Source: an uncultured Gemmatimonadales bacterium
Lineage (GTDB): Bacteria; Gemmatimonadota; Gemmatimonadetes; Longimicrobiales; Gaopeijiaceae
NCBI GenBank assembly: GCA_963823035.1
Contig: CAWGKG010000006.1
Location: 1 to 21,758, forward strand
DNA: 21,758 bases
Direction: 5' to 3'
The translations under genes were made by a program, and so were the position numbers. Positions 9,117 through 17,814 of the stretch are shown one piece after another. How positions within the stretch are numbered: the first letter of the stretch is position 1; the number at the start of each line of letters is the position of its first letter. The notes beneath the pieces were generated by a model. It saw nothing but the letters and a program-made list of their open reading frames with translations. It had not been told where the DNA came from and ran no database searches.

Positions 9117-10340
9117 ATGCACGTCGTCTTCGTGGAGCCCTGCTTTCCCGCGAACCAGAAGGAGTTCGTGCGCGGTCTGGCCCTGACGGGGGCGAAGGTG
9201 TCGGCCATCGGGGAGCGTCCGAAGGAATCGCTGGACGAAGACCTGCGTCGGTGGCTCGTGCACTACGAACAGGTGCCCACCGTGGTGGACCCGGACACGC
9301 TCGTGCGGGTGGTGGAGTGGATGCGCGCGCGCGTTCCGGTCGACCGCCTGGAGGCGACGATCGAGGCGCACGTCCTCCCGGTCGCCGAGGCGCGCGAGCG
9401 CCTGGGCATCGCCGGCACGTCGGTGCGGACGGCCTTCCTGTGCCGGGACAAGCCGGCCATGAAGGAGGTGCTCCGGGAGGGGGGCGTTCCGTGCGCGGCG
9501 TCGCTCGGGAGCGGGGACGCGGAGGCCATCCTCGCGTTCGCCCGGGAGGTGGGCTATCCGCTGGTGGTGAAGCCGCGCTCGGCGGCGGGCGCCTCCGGCA
9601 CGGAGCGCGTGGACTCCGACGACGAGCTGCGCGCGGCGATGGGACGTGCCGGCGTGGGAGGGGGCGCCGAGGTGGCGGTCGAGGAGTTCATCGAGGGGCA
9701 CGAGGCCTTCTACGACACGATCACGATCGGCGGCCGGGTGGCCCACGAGTTCATCACGCACTACTACCCCAACGTGCTCGAGGCCATGCGCACGCGGTGG
9801 ATCTCTCCCCAGTTCGTGACCACGAACCGGATCGAGACGGCCTCCGGGTACCAGCCGGTCCTCGAGATGGGCCGCAGGGTGAACGGCCTGCTCGCGATCG
9901 ACACGTCCGCGACGCACATGGAGTGGTTCTTCGGTCCGAAGGGGCTGCGCTTCTCCGAGATCGGCTGCCGGCCGCCGGGCGTGCGCGCCTGGGACCTCTA
10001 CGCCGCGGCCAACGAGATCGACATCTATCACGAGTGGGCGATGGCCGTGGTGCACGGCCGGACGGTGAAGAAGCCGTCGCGGCGCTTCAGCGCCGGGATC
10101 ATCGCGCTCCGCCCCGACCGCGACGGCGTGATCCGTGGCTACGAGGGTCTCGACGAGATCCAGTCCAGCTTCGGGGAGTGGATCCTGGACGCGCACCTCC
10201 CGCCCGAGGGGACGCCCACGCAGGGCGTCGAGGCGGGCTACATGGCGAACGCGTGGGTGCGGATGAAGCATCCGGACTACGACGAGCTGCGTCGCATGCT
10301 CGACCGGGTCGGAGAGGTCGTGCACGTGAGGGCCGGGTGA
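9117..10340 (+). CDS. ATP-grasp domain protein, paralog C
   Basis: CRDKPAMKEVL..GG, GYPLVVKPRSAAGASGT, VEEFIEGHE, ATHMEWF, EIGCRPPG. ATG 9117 (MHVVFVEPCFP) has GAGG upstream and matches MNVLMISPGFP of paralog A. Confidence 0.9.
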   Translation: MHVVFVEPCFPANQKEFVRGLALTGAKVSAIGERPKESLDEDLRRWLVHYEQVPTVVDPDTLVRVVEWMRARVPVDRLEATIEAHVLPVAEARERLGIAGTSVRTAFLCRDKPAMKEVLREGGVPCAASLGSGDAEAILAFAREVGYPLVVKPRSAAGASGTERVDSDDELRAAMGRAGVGGGAEVAVEEFIEGHEAFYDTITIGGRVAHEFITHYYPNVLEAMRTRWISPQFVTTNRIETASGYQPVLEMGRRVNGLLAIDTSATHMEWFFGPKGLRFSEIGCRPPGVRAWDLYAAANEIDIYHEWAMAVVHGRTVKKPSRRFSAGIIALRPDRDGVIRGYEGLDEIQSSFGEWILDAHLPPEGTPTQGVEAGYMANAWVRMKHPDYDELRRMLDRVGEVVHVRAG

Positions 10341-11276
10341 GCGACGGACCGACGCGCGTCGTTCTTCTCGGCCCGCAACGCCGAGCGCCCCGACGCCGGC
10401 GCGGTGGTCGCCGGGCTCGGAGAGCCGGGGCCCGTGGCGCTCGTCACCGCCGGTTGGCAGGAATGGGAGGAAGACGACGAGGCGCTGCGTCGCTCCCTCG
10501 GCCGGGAGGCGTTCAACCTGCGTCTGTGGGCGCGCGCCGAGCGGGTGTGGCGGGACGATCCCGAGCTCGCGGAGGGCCACCGCCGACTCCAGCAGGACGT
10601 TCGCCTCCTGCGCCGCGCGTACAACCTCCGGCTGGCGAGCGCGATGGATGCGTGGATCGGCCTGGAGGCGCTGGCCGGCGACGGGGGCGTCCTCGACGCC
10701 GAGCGCGCCGAAGCCGCCGAGGTCGTGCGGGCGCTCGACCGGCACCACGCAGGGCGGCTGCGCGGGATGCGCGACGCCTTCTACCGACGCTACGACCCGC
10801 TCATGCGTGCCGCGGTCGTGCGCGAACGCGACGAGATCCGTCGGGCGCTCGAGAGGGCGCGCGTGCTGGTGTTGGAGGGAGGGCACGTCCCTGCGCTGCT
10901 GAACCGGCTCCGCCTCTTCGGCGTCGACGGACTGCTCGGCGGGAAGACCGTGGTAGCCTGCTCGGGGGGCGCGATGGCACTGGCCGAGCGGGTGGTGCTC
11001 TTCCACGACTCCCCGCCGTGGGGACCGGGACACGCCGAGGTGGGCGAGGTGGGCGTCGGCCTCCTCCCGGGGATCGTGGCGCTCGCCGACGGATCGGCGC
11101 GCCTCCGGCTCGACGACCCCGCGCGGGTGGCACGCTTCGCCCGCCGCTTCGGGCCCGACGCCTGCGTGCTCCTCGACGCCGGAACCCGGGTGGAGTGGCA
11201 CGGCGTGTGGAGCGCCCGCGATGCGCGCGTACTCGCGCCGTCGGGTCATGTGGAGCCTTGGCGGGCGGCGGCATGA
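10337..11276 (+). CDS. Peptidase S51 (PepE/cyanophycinase)-like, class I glutamine amidotransferase-like fold protein, one frameshift at ~10388-10391
   Basis: The GTG overlapping the upstream TGA reads MSDGPTRVVLLGPQRRAP. Removing one C from CCCC joins it to DAGAVVAG...ALVTAGWQE. Has LVLEGGH..LL..LR and the nucleophile elbow VVACSGGAMAL, like S51 G-x-S-A-G-A. Confidence 0.7.
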
Positions 11277-12480
11277 GCCGTCCACGGGATGCGGAGGGCG
11301 CGGCGCGGATCCCCGAGGCGGACCTCGACGGTCTGGCGATCGGGGCGCTGGTCGGGAGGGCGTCCTCCGGAGGCGCGGCGCCGAAGCGCGCGGAGATCGA
11401 CGCGTTCCTCGCAGGGCGCGACTTCCCGCTCGTGGAGGGGACGCGCGTCACGTTCGTGTTCCGTGGGGAGGCGGACGAGGTGCGCCTCCGGCACTGGGTC
11501 TTCGGTCTGCCGAGCTCGGTGCCGCTGACGCGCGTGGCCGGGAGCGACCTCTGGTACCACGTGCTCGAGCTCCCCGAGGGCTCGCGCGTCGAATACAAGC
11601 TCGAGGTGACGAGAGGGCGGGAGGTCGCAGTGGATCCAGGATCCCCTGAACCCGCACCTGGCCCGAGACCCGTTCGGCGCGAACTCGGTGGCGTACGGGC
11701 GGGGGTACGAGGTGCCCGTTCTGGACGCAGCCCGACCCGGGCGCGCCGGAGGGCTCGCTGGAGGAGCGCGTCTTCCGCAGCGAGGCGCTCGGCGGGTCGC
11801 GACAGGTCACGCTCTATCGTCCGGCGCGCTTCCGGGAGACGCGGCGCTATCCGCTCCTCCTGGTCCACGACGGGGGGGACTACCTTCGCTACGCCGGCCT
11901 GAAGACCGTCCTGGACAACCTCATCCACCGGCTCGAGATCCCCGCCCTGGTGGCGGCGCTCATGCACCCGCCGGATCGGATCGATCAGTACCGGGCCTCC
12001 GATGCGCATGCGCGTTACCTGAGGGACGAGCTGGTCCCCCAGCTCGAGCGGGAGCTACCCCTTCTGGGCACGCCCGAGGGACGCTGCCTCATGGGCGCCA
12101 GCCTCGGGGCCGTGGCCTCGCTGTCGGCGGCGGTGCACCACCCGGGCTTCTACGGCCGTCTCCTCCTCCAGTCCGGGTCGTTCGCCTTCTCGGACATCGG
12201 CGGGCACGGGAGGGACGCCGTGTTCGATCCCATCGCCGACTTCGTGAACGCCTACCGGCAGGCGCCGTCGGCGGTGAGCGAGAAGGTGTTCGTGAGTTGC
12301 GGGACGTACGAGTCGCTCATCTACGAGAACCGCTCGCTGGTGCCCCTGCTCCAGCGGACGGGGATGGACGTGCGCTTCGTCGAGGCGAGGGACGGACACA
12401 ACTGGGAGAACTGGAGGGACCGCCTGCGAGAGGGGCTGTCGTGGCTCTTCCCCGGGCCCTTGTGGCTGGTCTACGAATAG
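11273..12480 (+). CDS. Fes/IroE-like alpha/beta-hydrolase esterase with N-terminal CBM48/E-set Ig-like domain, two frameshifts (~11616, ~11716)
   Basis: ATGA overlap with the upstream gene. N-domain VTFVFRGEADEV.L....W...LELPEGSRVEYK...WIQDPLNP. After correction: SEALGGSRQVTLYRP..YPLLLVHDG.DY, nucleophile GASLG, SGSF, and DGHNWENWRDRL (catalytic His). Confidence 0.85.
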
Positions 12481-12488
12481 GAGATGGC

Positions 12489-13733
12489 ATGGCGGAGGTG
12501 ACGAAGAGGATCGGTCTTTCGCTGGGCGCGGACATCTGTTGGCCCATCGCGTTCACGGAGATCCTGAAGCGTCTGGATCTGGCGATCCCCGTGGGCGGCG
12601 ACACCGTGCGCTTCCACGTCGAGCGGATGACGATCGACCCCTTCGACGTCCGCGAGCCGAAGCGCTACGACGTGGTCGTGGACCGGCTCACGCACTGGTA
12701 CAACACCCGGCGGGAGTGGATCAAGAAGGCGGTGATCCTCGACGACGTGTACGTCTTCAACAACCCCTGGTCCGTGCAGTCGATGGAGAAGCTGACGACG
12801 TACGCGGGCATGGTGCGCCTCGGCTTCCCCATCCCCGAGACGTGGCTCGTGCCGCCGCACTCCTACGAGCCCATGGAGGACCTCGAGGTCACGCTGAAGA
12901 GCTACGCGCGCCACTTCGACCTCGGCGCGATCGGCCGCGAGCTCGGCTACCCCATGTTCATGAAGCCGTACGACGGCGGCGGGTGGCGGGCGGTGACCCG
13001 GCTCGAGGACGAGTCGGCGCTCCGGGAGGCGTACGATCAGAGCGGCAAGCTGGTGATGACGCTGCAGGCCGCGGTGCACCCCTTCGACCGCTTCGTGCGC
13101 TGCATCGGGCTCGGGCCGCAGACGCACGTCGTGCTGTACGACCCCAAGGCGCCGCTGCACGACCGCTACACGATGCAGCACGACTTCCTCTCCGAGGAGG
13201 AGCGGTACCTCATCGACGGGATGACGCTCGTCATCAACAGCTTCTTCGGGTGGGACTTCAACTCCTGCGAGCTGCTCCACAAGGAAGGGGTCTGGCACCC
13301 GATCGACTTCGCGAACCCCTGCCCCGACTCGCAGGTCACTTCGCTCCACTACCACTTCCCCTGGCTCATCAAGGCCAACCTGCGCTGGGCGCTGTTCGCG
13401 GCCGCGACGGGGCGCACGGTCAAGCCGCTCGACTGGCACGCCTATTTCGCCGCCGTGGAGGAGGGGATGACGCTGAGGGAGCGCATCGACGCGCTCGTGC
13501 CGCTTGCCCGGGCGCGCTTCGACGCCGACGCCTTCGAGGCGTTCTGCGCGGAGCACCTCGCGCACCTGGACGAGGTGACCCACGCCTGGTTCGGCACGGA
13601 GGACGCGCGCGACGCCGTGCGCCGCAAGGTGTCCGCGCTCTTCCCGCCCCACGAGGTCGAGGCGTTCACCGGCCTCTTCTTCGACCGCGTGCAGCGGTGG
13701 CGGGCCGACGACGCGGCGGGGATTCGTCCATGA
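12489..13733 (+). CDS. RimK/glutathione-synthetase-like ATP-grasp protein (a different subfamily from paralogs A-C)
   Basis: AGGAGA RBS then ATG 12489 (MAEVTKRIGLS). YDVVVDRLTHW, VFNNP.....EK..Y..M..LG..IPETW, GYPMFMKPYDGGGW, LQ......FVRC, WDFNSCE, IDFANPCPD. Confidence 0.85.
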   Translation: MAEVTKRIGLSLGADICWPIAFTEILKRLDLAIPVGGDTVRFHVERMTIDPFDVREPKRYDVVVDRLTHWYNTRREWIKKAVILDDVYVFNNPWSVQSMEKLTTYAGMVRLGFPIPETWLVPPHSYEPMEDLEVTLKSYARHFDLGAIGRELGYPMFMKPYDGGGWRAVTRLEDESALREAYDQSGKLVMTLQAAVHPFDRFVRCIGLGPQTHVVLYDPKAPLHDRYTMQHDFLSEEERYLIDGMTLVINSFFGWDFNSCELLHKEGVWHPIDFANPCPDSQVTSLHYHFPWLIKANLRWALFAAATGRTVKPLDWHAYFAAVEEGMTLRERIDALVPLARARFDADAFEAFCAEHLAHLDEVTHAWFGTEDARDAVRRKVSALFPPHEVEAFTGLFFDRVQRWRADDAAGIRP

Positions 13734-14467
13734 AGGAGCGGTCGACCTGGTACTCCCAGCGTCTGGAGCGCGACGTGACCGTGGTGCGCTGGGGGACGTA
13801 CGGCGCGCCCCTCCTGCACTTCCCCACGGCCGGGGGTGACGCGGAGGAGATCGAGCGCTTCCACATCATCGAGACGCTGCGCGACCACCTGGACGCCGGC
13901 CGCATCAAGATCTACTCGTGCGACAGCGTGTCCGGGCGGGCGCTCCTGACCGAGGAGGGCTCGCCCCAGCACCGCATGTGGGTCATGAACCAGTTCCAGG
14001 AGTTCGTGCGCCACGAGGTCGTACCCGCGATCTGGGCCGACTGCCGCACGGAGGGGATCGACATCGCGGTGGCCGGTGCGTCCATCGGCGCCTTCCACGC
14101 CCTCGCGTCGGTGTGCCGCTACCCCGACGTCTTCGCGAAGGCGCTGTGCATGAGCGGTACCTACGACCTGCGGCGTTTCCTCGACGCGCCGCCGAACGAG
14201 GATTTCTGGTACGCCTCGCCCTTGCACTGGCTCGCCGACTTCCGCGACGAGGGCCATCTCGCCGAGCTGCGCCGGCGCTTCGTGATCCTCGCTTCCGGAG
14301 AAGGCCGCGCGGAGGACATCGGGGAGAGCTGGCGCGTCGCCCACGTGCTCGGGGAGAAGGGGATCCCGAACCGTGTGGACGCGTGGGGCACCCAGTGGGA
14401 CCACGATTGGCCGACGTGGCGTCGCATGCTGCGAGCCTACATGGGGGAGCTGGTCGGCGAGGGGTGA
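13730..14467 (+). CDS. Alpha/beta-hydrolase (esterase family) protein
   Basis: ATGA overlap. WGTYGAPLLHFPTAGGD..E.E, nucleophile GASIGAFHA, MSGTYD, and WDHDWPTW (catalytic His). Confidence 0.85.
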   Translation: MKERSTWYSQRLERDVTVVRWGTYGAPLLHFPTAGGDAEEIERFHIIETLRDHLDAGRIKIYSCDSVSGRALLTEEGSPQHRMWVMNQFQEFVRHEVVPAIWADCRTEGIDIAVAGASIGAFHALASVCRYPDVFAKALCMSGTYDLRRFLDAPPNEDFWYASPLHWLADFRDEGHLAELRRRFVILASGEGRAEDIGESWRVAHVLGEKGIPNRVDAWGTQWDHDWPTWRRMLRAYMGELVGEG

Positions 14468-14495
14468 GGGTCTCCTCCGGACGGCTCCGGGCCGT

Positions 14496-14525
14496 TTGCG
14501 TGTGCCAGAGCGCGCGCGCTATCCT
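14496..14525 (+). promoter_or_regulatory. Possible sigma70 promoter TTGCGT-N18-TATCCT for the DinB gene
   Basis: -35-like TTGCGT (14496-14501) and -10-like TATCCT (14520-14525) lie in a 132-nt intergenic gap. AGGAG RBS at ~14588. Confidence 0.35.
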
Positions 14526-14599
14526 GGCGCGCCGCGGAGCGCTCGAGGGCCGCGGCACCCGACAGCCGGAGCGCTCCCTTCCCTCCCAGGAGATGACCG

Positions 14600-15097
14600 A
14601 TGGAATCGACGCAGTTCAACAAGACGTGCTGGTCCCAGGAGTACGACAACTTCCGCAAGACGATCGCCGCCGCGGTCCCGGACCGCCTGGACTGGCAGCC
14701 GGATCCCAAAGCGCGCTCCACGCGTCGCCTGATCGGGCACATCATCGGTCACGTCCAGGACATGGCCGAGCTTGCGGAGGCCGGCGTGATCCACCACCGC
14801 AACGAGGTCGCGTTCGACACGCTGGAGGACGCCCTCGGCCTCTTCGACCAATCCTACGGGGACATGCAGGCGAAGCTGGGCGCCCTGGATGACGCGGACT
14901 GGGCCACGCCCGCCGACTTCTTCGCGCCCAACGACTTCCTGATCATGACGGCTCCCAGGGAGCAGCTCGCCTGGCTCTTCCTGTTCGACGCGATCCACCA
15001 CCGCGGGCAACTCACGACCCACCTCCGGCCCACGGGCGGGCAGGTCCCGGCGCTGTACGGTCCGTCCGCGGACCAGGAGATGAGCGGGGGACATTGA
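14600..15097 (+). CDS. DinB/YfiT-family protein
   Basis: LDWQP.PKARST..LIGHI and DAIHHRGQL..HLR..G..VP.LYGPS are typical DinB motifs. AGGAG RBS. Confidence 0.9.
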   Translation: MESTQFNKTCWSQEYDNFRKTIAAAVPDRLDWQPDPKARSTRRLIGHIIGHVQDMAELAEAGVIHHRNEVAFDTLEDALGLFDQSYGDMQAKLGALDDADWATPADFFAPNDFLIMTAPREQLAWLFLFDAIHHRGQLTTHLRPTGGQVPALYGPSADQEMSGGH

Positions 15098-15218
15098 TCG
15101 GCGTCCCGGACTCCACGGCGTCGGCGGGGGACGGGACATCCTGGCTGGGCCCGGAGCGTACATCCTGTCGTGCCCCAGGCCGCCAGTCGTCCTTCCCCCG
15201 CGCCGGACGTAACCGATC

Positions 15219-17678
15219 GTGACAAGCGCCACACCTCGCCGGGCGTTGCTTCCCCTCCTTCTCGTGGCCGTCGCGGGATGTGGGGGCGACGGGCCCGGCG
15301 CCACCGAGCCGGATCCGCCCCACGCCGCGAGCGTGACGCTCTCGCAGACCGCGGTCACGCTCACGTTCCTCAACCAGACGCTGAACCTCACGGCGACGGT
15401 GAAGGATCAGTTCCAGAAGACGTTCACCGCGCCCGTCACCTGGTCCAGCGCCGACCCCTCGGTCGCCACCGTCTCGAGCGACGGTCAGGTGAAGGCGATC
15501 CGGAACGGGACCACGACCGTCACCGCCGCCGCCGGGAGCCTGTCGGTCTCGACGACGGTGACCGTGCAGCAAGCGGCGACGCGCGTCCTGGCGGTCTCCG
15601 GCGGGGATCAGACCGCCACGGTTGGCCAGCCGCTGGCCGAGCCCGTCGTCGTGCAAGCCGTGGACCAGGGGAGCTCGCCGGTGGCCGGCGCGAGCCTCAC
15701 GTTCCAGCCGAGCGACGACGGCACCGTCGGGGTGACCCAGGCGACCGCGGACGCCGAGGGTCTCGCATCCACGACCTGGACGTTGGGCACGACGTCCGGG
15801 GAACAGCGGATCGTGGTGAGCGTGACCGGCTTCTCGTCGGCGCTGACGATCAAGGCGGCCGCCGTGGCGGGGCCGCCGGCCACGCTCGGGAAGATCTCCG
15901 GCGACGGGCAGACCGCGCCGATCGACTTCGCGCTGGTCGAGCCCATCACGGTGGAGCTCAGGGACGCCTTCGGAAACCCGGTCGACGGAGGGACCGTGTC
16001 GTTCTCCGTGACCGGTGGAGGCGGCGCCGTTTCGCCGGCGCAGGCCGCGACCGGGGAGGACGGCACGGCGCAGGCGACGTGGACGATGGGATCCGGGCTG
16101 GGCGCGAACACCCTGTCCGTCACGGCCGGCGCCCTTCCGCCCCTGGCGTTCACCGCCACGGCCGCCGCGCCCAAGGCGGACCTGGCGCCGAGCGGGCTGG
16201 TGCTGTCACCTGCCAACCCCACCACGATCGAGAGCGTCGAGGTGTCCGCCACCGTGACGAACGTGGGCTACCTCACGGCGGCCGCGGGCGTGCAGGTCCA
16301 GCTTCTGCTCGACGGGGTGGACGCCGGCGCCACGGCGCTCCCGTCCCTCGCGGTGGGTGAGGCGGCCGAGGTCTCGTTCACGGTCGGTCCCCTCCCGGCG
16401 GGCGCGCACGCGCTGCGCCTGGTCGTGGACGGCGACGGTGTCGTGGACGAGTGGGACGAGGCCAACAACGAGGTCGAGCGAACGACGGACGTGCCGGAGA
16501 CGACGCCGATCGCCGCCGGAGCGCCCGTGACCGGGCTCGCTGCCGAGGAGGGCGTCGACCTCCTGTTCGCGCTCGAGGTGCCGGCGTCTTCGCCCGGAAC
16601 GCTCGAGGTCCGGCTGTCGGGCGGATCGGGAGACGTGGACCTCTACGTCCACCACGGCGATCGACCCGCCCGGCGGGACGACTACCAGTGCCAGTCCGGG
16701 AACCCGACGACCACGGAGCGGTGCGTCATCAACGCCGCCGAGCCCGGGCTCTACCACATCCTGCTGCACGCCTTTTCGACGTACAGCGGGACGACGCTGG
16801 TGGCGAACACCGGGCTCCCGACGATCCCCTACGACATCGAGCTCGTCTTCATCCATCACGGCACGGCCGCGCAGGACGCGGTGTTCCGGGAAGCCGCCGA
16901 CGCCTGGATGAAGATCATCCCCGGGGACATCAGCGACTTCGACTTCTCCGCTTCGCCGGTGGCCGCCGACCAGTGCACCCCCGGACAGCCGCTCCTCAAC
17001 GGCATGATCGACGACCTCAGGATCTACGTGGACATCGTGGAGATCGACGGGCCGCGCGGCACGCTGGCCCAGGCGGGCCCCTGCTTCGTTCGCGGCCTCG
17101 GCCAGTTCCCCATCGTCGGCTCCATGCAGTTCGACGTGGCGGACATGGAGGAGCTCGCGGCCCAGGGGGAGCTGCTCCCGGTGGTGAAGCACGAGATGGG
17201 GCACGTGCTCGGGATCGGGACCATCTGGGATCGGCTCGAGTTGCTCAGGAACCCCTCCCTCCCGGCGAATCAGGGCGCAGACACCTGGTTCGCCGGAGAG
17301 CGCGCCATCGCGGCCTTCGACGCGGCCGGTGGGTCGACGACGTACACGCTCGGAAACGAGGTCCCCGTAGCGAACGTCGGCGGACCGGGCTCCGCGGACG
17401 GCCACTGGCGCGAGTCCGTGCTCGATGCCGAGCTCATGACGCCGGGCTTCAACGGCGGGAGGCTCAACCCCCTGAGCGCGATCACGATCGCGTCCCTGGC
17501 GGACCTGGGCTACACGGTGGACCTCACGCAGGCCGAGCCCTTTTCCGCGGTCTACCAGGCGCCGGGGCCGCCGGGTGCCGACGCGGGGAGGTGGATCGAC
17601 CTCGGTGGGGATTTGAGGGTGGGGCCGATCCGGGTGATCGATCCGAAGGGCCGGTCGCGAGCGGCGCCGCACCGCTGA
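15219..17678 (+). CDS. Lipoprotein with Ig-like (Big) repeats, CARDB, PPC and a C-terminal leishmanolysin-like (M8) zinc metallopeptidase
   Basis: Lipobox VAG-C. Big_2-like VTWSSADPSVATVSSDG.V.A..NG. Two Big_1-like repeats (SG..QTA.....EP..V...D....PV.G....F...T...G.A...WT.G). CARDB ADL...VTNVG...VD....VDEWDEANN. PPC SGGSGDVDLYV. Zincin HEMGHVLGIG, GHWRES and Met-turn ELMTP. Confidence 0.85.
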   Translation: MTSATPRRALLPLLLVAVAGCGGDGPGATEPDPPHAASVTLSQTAVTLTFLNQTLNLTATVKDQFQKTFTAPVTWSSADPSVATVSSDGQVKAIRNGTTTVTAAAGSLSVSTTVTVQQAATRVLAVSGGDQTATVGQPLAEPVVVQAVDQGSSPVAGASLTFQPSDDGTVGVTQATADAEGLASTTWTLGTTSGEQRIVVSVTGFSSALTIKAAAVAGPPATLGKISGDGQTAPIDFALVEPITVELRDAFGNPVDGGTVSFSVTGGGGAVSPAQAATGEDGTAQATWTMGSGLGANTLSVTAGALPPLAFTATAAAPKADLAPSGLVLSPANPTTIESVEVSATVTNVGYLTAAAGVQVQLLLDGVDAGATALPSLAVGEAAEVSFTVGPLPAGAHALRLVVDGDGVVDEWDEANNEVERTTDVPETTPIAAGAPVTGLAAEEGVDLLFALEVPASSPGTLEVRLSGGSGDVDLYVHHGDRPARRDDYQCQSGNPTTTERCVINAAEPGLYHILLHAFSTYSGTTLVANTGLPTIPYDIELVFIHHGTAAQDAVFREAADAWMKIIPGDISDFDFSASPVAADQCTPGQPLLNGMIDDLRIYVDIVEIDGPRGTLAQAGPCFVRGLGQFPIVGSMQFDVADMEELAAQGELLPVVKHEMGHVLGIGTIWDRLELLRNPSLPANQGADTWFAGERAIAAFDAAGGSTTYTLGNEVPVANVGGPGSADGHWRESVLDAELMTPGFNGGRLNPLSAITIASLADLGYTVDLTQAEPFSAVYQAPGPPGADAGRWIDLGGDLRVGPIRVIDPKGRSRAAPHR

Positions 17679-17814
17679 GGCGCGCGGCCCCACGCCGGGC
17701 CGGCGGTCCGCGGCGGCCATCCCCCCGTCTTGCCATGGGAGGCCGGCGCCGCCACGCTCCCATGCAGGGCCGCCGCCCGACGGCGCGCGACCGATCCCGT
17801 GCTGGTGCTCCGCC

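Noticed and set aside
8388..11285. 965-aa minus-strand ORF
   Set aside because: Antisense or off-frame shadow of well-supported genes.
10385..11720. Programmed ribosomal frameshifting in the cluster
   Set aside because: No slippery heptamers or obvious stimulatory structures, and similar breaks occur in unrelated genes, so sequencing error is more parsimonious.
7751..11902. 1383-aa plus-strand ORF
   Set aside because: Mostly antisense or off-frame to the ATP-grasp genes, with Arg/Gly/Pro-rich composition. Only the segments from 10337 and 11273 are real gene starts.
11688..13733. 681-aa ORF suggesting an N-terminally extended ATP-grasp or an esterase fusion
   Set aside because: The first 267 codons are an out-of-frame read through the frameshifted esterase. 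The real start is ATG 12489 with an AGGAGA RBS.
12539..14467. 642-aa ORF ending in the esterase
   Set aside because: Only the part from ATG 13730 is protein-like. The upstream part is off-frame within the ATP-grasp gene.
17679..17814. GC-rich hairpin-like sequence upstream of glgP as a terminator or riboswitch
   Set aside because: Only short imperfect stems, expected at this GC content, with no U-tract or recognisable aptamer motif.
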